A program made the translations under genes and the position numbers. Positions 61,235 to 64,000 of a stretch of 64,000 bases of DNA are shown one piece after another; within the stretch, counting starts at the first letter, position 1; the number at the start of each line of letters is the position of its first letter. The DNA comes from Okamejei kenojei. Its lineage: Eukaryota. The stretch covers positions 15,314,001-15,378,000 of the forward strand of contig CM069161.1 in the NCBI GenBank assembly GCA_035221665.1. Direction: 5' to 3'. The notes beneath the pieces were generated by a model. It saw only the letters and a list, made by a program, of their open reading frames with translations, searched no databases and had not been told where the DNA came from.

Positions 61235-62610
61235 CAGGAGGGCTGAGCCCTCGGATAGCATCTGGACCTGATGGTGTACCTGGTCGGGCTCTCAAAACCT
61301 GCAAGGATCAATTGGCTGGAGTTTTTGTGGACATCTACAATCTCTCATTACTGAGGGCTCAGATCCCACTTGCTTCAAATGGGCATCAATGATACTGGTG
61401 CCAAAGTAGAATAAGGTGACATGCTTCAATAACTACTGACTGGCGGCACTAACATCCGTGGTGTTGACGTGCTTTGAGAGGATGGATACGATACATAGAA
61501 TCCATCAAGAATCTGGACCCACTGCAATTTGCCTACTGCCAAAATATATCAACGGAAGATACGATCTCGCTGGCTCACCGCACTGCACTGGACCACTTGG
61601 ACAATAGAAACACGTATTTCAAACTGTTGTCCATCGACTACAGTTCGGTGTTCAACACCATCAGCCCCTCCAAACTTGTTTCCAAGCTCGAGGAAATGGG
61701 TATCTGCGCATCTCTTTGCGACTGGATCTCGACATCTTCTTCAACAGAACACAATCAGTACAAATTGGCAACAACACTTCCTCCGCAATAACCATCAGCA
61801 CAGGCACACCGGTCCGGCTGTGTGCCCAGAAAATCAACCGTGCTTTCACTCAGTAAAACTAAAGAGCTGATTGTTGACATTAGAAGAGGAAATCCAAGGA
61901 TCCACAAACCTGTCTTTTTTCAATGGATCAGAGTAAAAAACCTCAAGTTGCTGTGTTTGCATTTCCCTGAAGATCGGTCCGGGACCCAGCATATTGATGT
62001 AATCATAAAGAAAGCCCAGCAATGCCTTTACTTCCGTAGAAGATTGAGGAGGTTTGCTATGTCGACGGATACTCTTGAACGTCTGTGGGGGTACAATAGA
62101 GAGTATATTGACCAGTTGCATCACGGCCTGGGTCAACAACTCAAATGCCCAGGGACGAAGGAAATTACAAAAAGTGGCGGATGCTGCCCAGTCCTGACCT
62201 TCCCACTATCGGAGGAATCTATAAGTTGCCTCAAAAAAGCAGCCAGGATCAGCCAGAACCCACACCACCCTGGTCATGCTCTAATTTCACCTCTACCATC
62301 AGTAAGAAAGTATAGGAATCTGAAAACCATGATCTCCAGGTTCAGGAACAGCTTCTTCTCAACAACCATCAGGCTATTGAACACTACTAACACCAACTAA
62401 ACTTTGAATTATGAACTGGTTGGTTGCACTAGGGTCTTTGGACTTTTGTTTTGTTTTGTTTTGCATGAATATTGAAGTTTTCTATTTATTTAACTTCCTT
62501 TGCTGTTTGCTAATTATGTTAGCGATTGAGTTTTACAGACCTGTTATGATGCAGCAAACAAGAAATTAATTGTTCTGTTTCAGTACATCTGACATCTAAA
62601 CACTCTTGAC
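61235..62610 (+). mobile_element. Rex1/Babar-type LINE, frameshifted RT pseudogene
   Basis: ASGPDGVPGRALKTC.DQLAGVF; LDPLQFAY...STEDTI...IDYSSVFNTI; KTKELIVD; PHHPGHALISPLPS. Confidence 0.9.
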
Positions 62611-63149
62611 AACAAGACTGTGACTGGCTCTTAATCTTGTCCACTTTCCAAAACTACCATTTCTTTTGATCTGCTAAATATTGGAAAATCTCTGCTTGTA
62701 GGACTTTTTTATTGGCCTTCAAACTGCTCAGTGCACCTTCCTGCCAAGGCTTTGTGTTACATGCACTTCATTTAAATACTAACTTGTTTGCTCCAAGTGC
62801 AAAATCAGAAAATACATTTAGAGAATCCAATCAAGTTGAAGTGTTCAAGTTCAAGTGAGTTTATTGTTACGTGTCCCTGATAAGACAATGACATTCTTGC
62901 TTTGCTTCGGCACACAGAACATAGTAGGCATTGACTACAGAACGATCCTAGAGCAAAACACTGCAGAGGTCCAGGAAGCCTCAATAGAATACTTCAAATG
63001 GCTACAAGAACATCCATGCAATCATACATGATTATTTCGATGAACCTGTATATCTCTTTTACCCAATTTTCATCTGATGCCTTTGGATGCTGCTAGGATG
63101 CTATGATCCAAGAATCCAGGGAATAACTCAATTGATACCTATCGTTGTG

Positions 63150-63727
63150 AGACAAAAAATAGACTTCAGACTATCTTAAAGTGAGAGTGTGTTCTACCAG
63201 ATGTATTACACTCCATCAGATCTCTACTGTCAACTGCTACCAATACGACTCTGCATGAGCGGTTTTTTAACTTCAAACAACTTTCTTCTAGTGGTTCTTC
63301 TCTGCCATCAAGGTTGACTAGCCAAGGATCTGTGTTGCCTCATCGGTACATCCGATCAAATAAGAATGAGCCTTTTGTTGAACTGACTGATGTCAACCCT
63401 TCTTTTGCAACTATCAAGTATCAGGGGATGGACGTCCGTCAACTGTCTCACTTCGTGACCTTGCACCATGTCCGTCTTCTCCATCACTCCTTGATAATAT
63501 TAATCGAGAACTTCCTTCAATACTCCCATCATCCCCTATGGAAACTTCTATAAGTAATTCTAAAATTGTAAATGTAAATAACAACATGAGTGAAGTTGAT
63601 GACTAAGCAATATATGTACCAGCAGCTATTGAAACACCATTACCTCCTGAAGCTCCAGTGCTGCGACGGTCATCAAGATGCACTAAACCTCCTGACCATC
63701 TCAACTTATAAATAGGAGGGGAGAATG
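63150..63727 (+). mobile_element. Gypsy/Ty3 LTR retrotransposon integrase tail + polypurine tract
   Basis: VLPDVLHSIRSLLSTATNTTLHERFFNF ... STVSLRDLAP ... LRRSSRCTKPPDHLNL*; PPT aggaggggagaa (63714-63725) then TG. Confidence 0.8.
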
Positions 63728-63774
63728 AAGTGTGCGCATGTGCGGGGTTTCCAGAGTGTGCGGGGTCTCGGGTC

Positions 63775-63980
63775 GGCGAGGCCTGCGGAATCAGCGATAT
63801 TTTGAGGGGTGCCTCAGGAAGGCCGTCAGCATCCATAAAGACTCCTCGCACCCTTGTAATGGACTGTTCGAACTGCTTCCTTCTGGCAGACATTACAAGG
63901 CCTTCTATGTCCGCACCTCCAGACTCAGGAGCAGCTTCATTCCCAGAGCTATAGCTGCTCTGAACCAGCCCTGCTGAGTG
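63775..63980 (+). mobile_element. Rex1/Babar-type LINE 3' fragment
   Basis: CLRKAVSIHKDSSHPCNGLFELLPSGRHY...RLRSSFIPRAIAALN. Confidence 0.85.
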
Positions 63981-64000
63981 CCCCCCACCCCCATGGACTG

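Overview
Vertebrate genomic DNA, most likely from a cartilaginous fish (skate/ray-like repeat content: HE1/V-SINE-type and Deu-type SINEs, CR1, Rex1/Babar, Penelope). The window lies almost entirely inside one minus-strand gene, an Elk-subfamily (Kv12) voltage-gated K+ channel best matching KCNH4. I traced 12 consecutive coding exons (exons 2-13, 2368 nt, all GT-AG, phase-compatible, no stops seen), including exon 3 and a 39-nt micro-exon that the ORF track misses. I did not find exon 1 or the last exons. Introns are full of mobile-element debris. The most notable non-coding signal is a family of about 20 short Penelope-like inserts. Many are self-complementary, several have target-site duplications, and they carry a minimal hammerhead-ribozyme core (CTGANGA-A-GGGTC-TC-GACCC-GAAA-CGTC); three keep the tail of the GIY-YIG endonuclease ORF. 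Also present: four Harbinger-like MITEs sharing one TIR, a probable Helitron, a Gypsy integrase/PPT remnant, a bipartite RTE, a 26-bp minisatellite and two assembly gaps. Family assignments come from recalled consensus motifs, not database searches.
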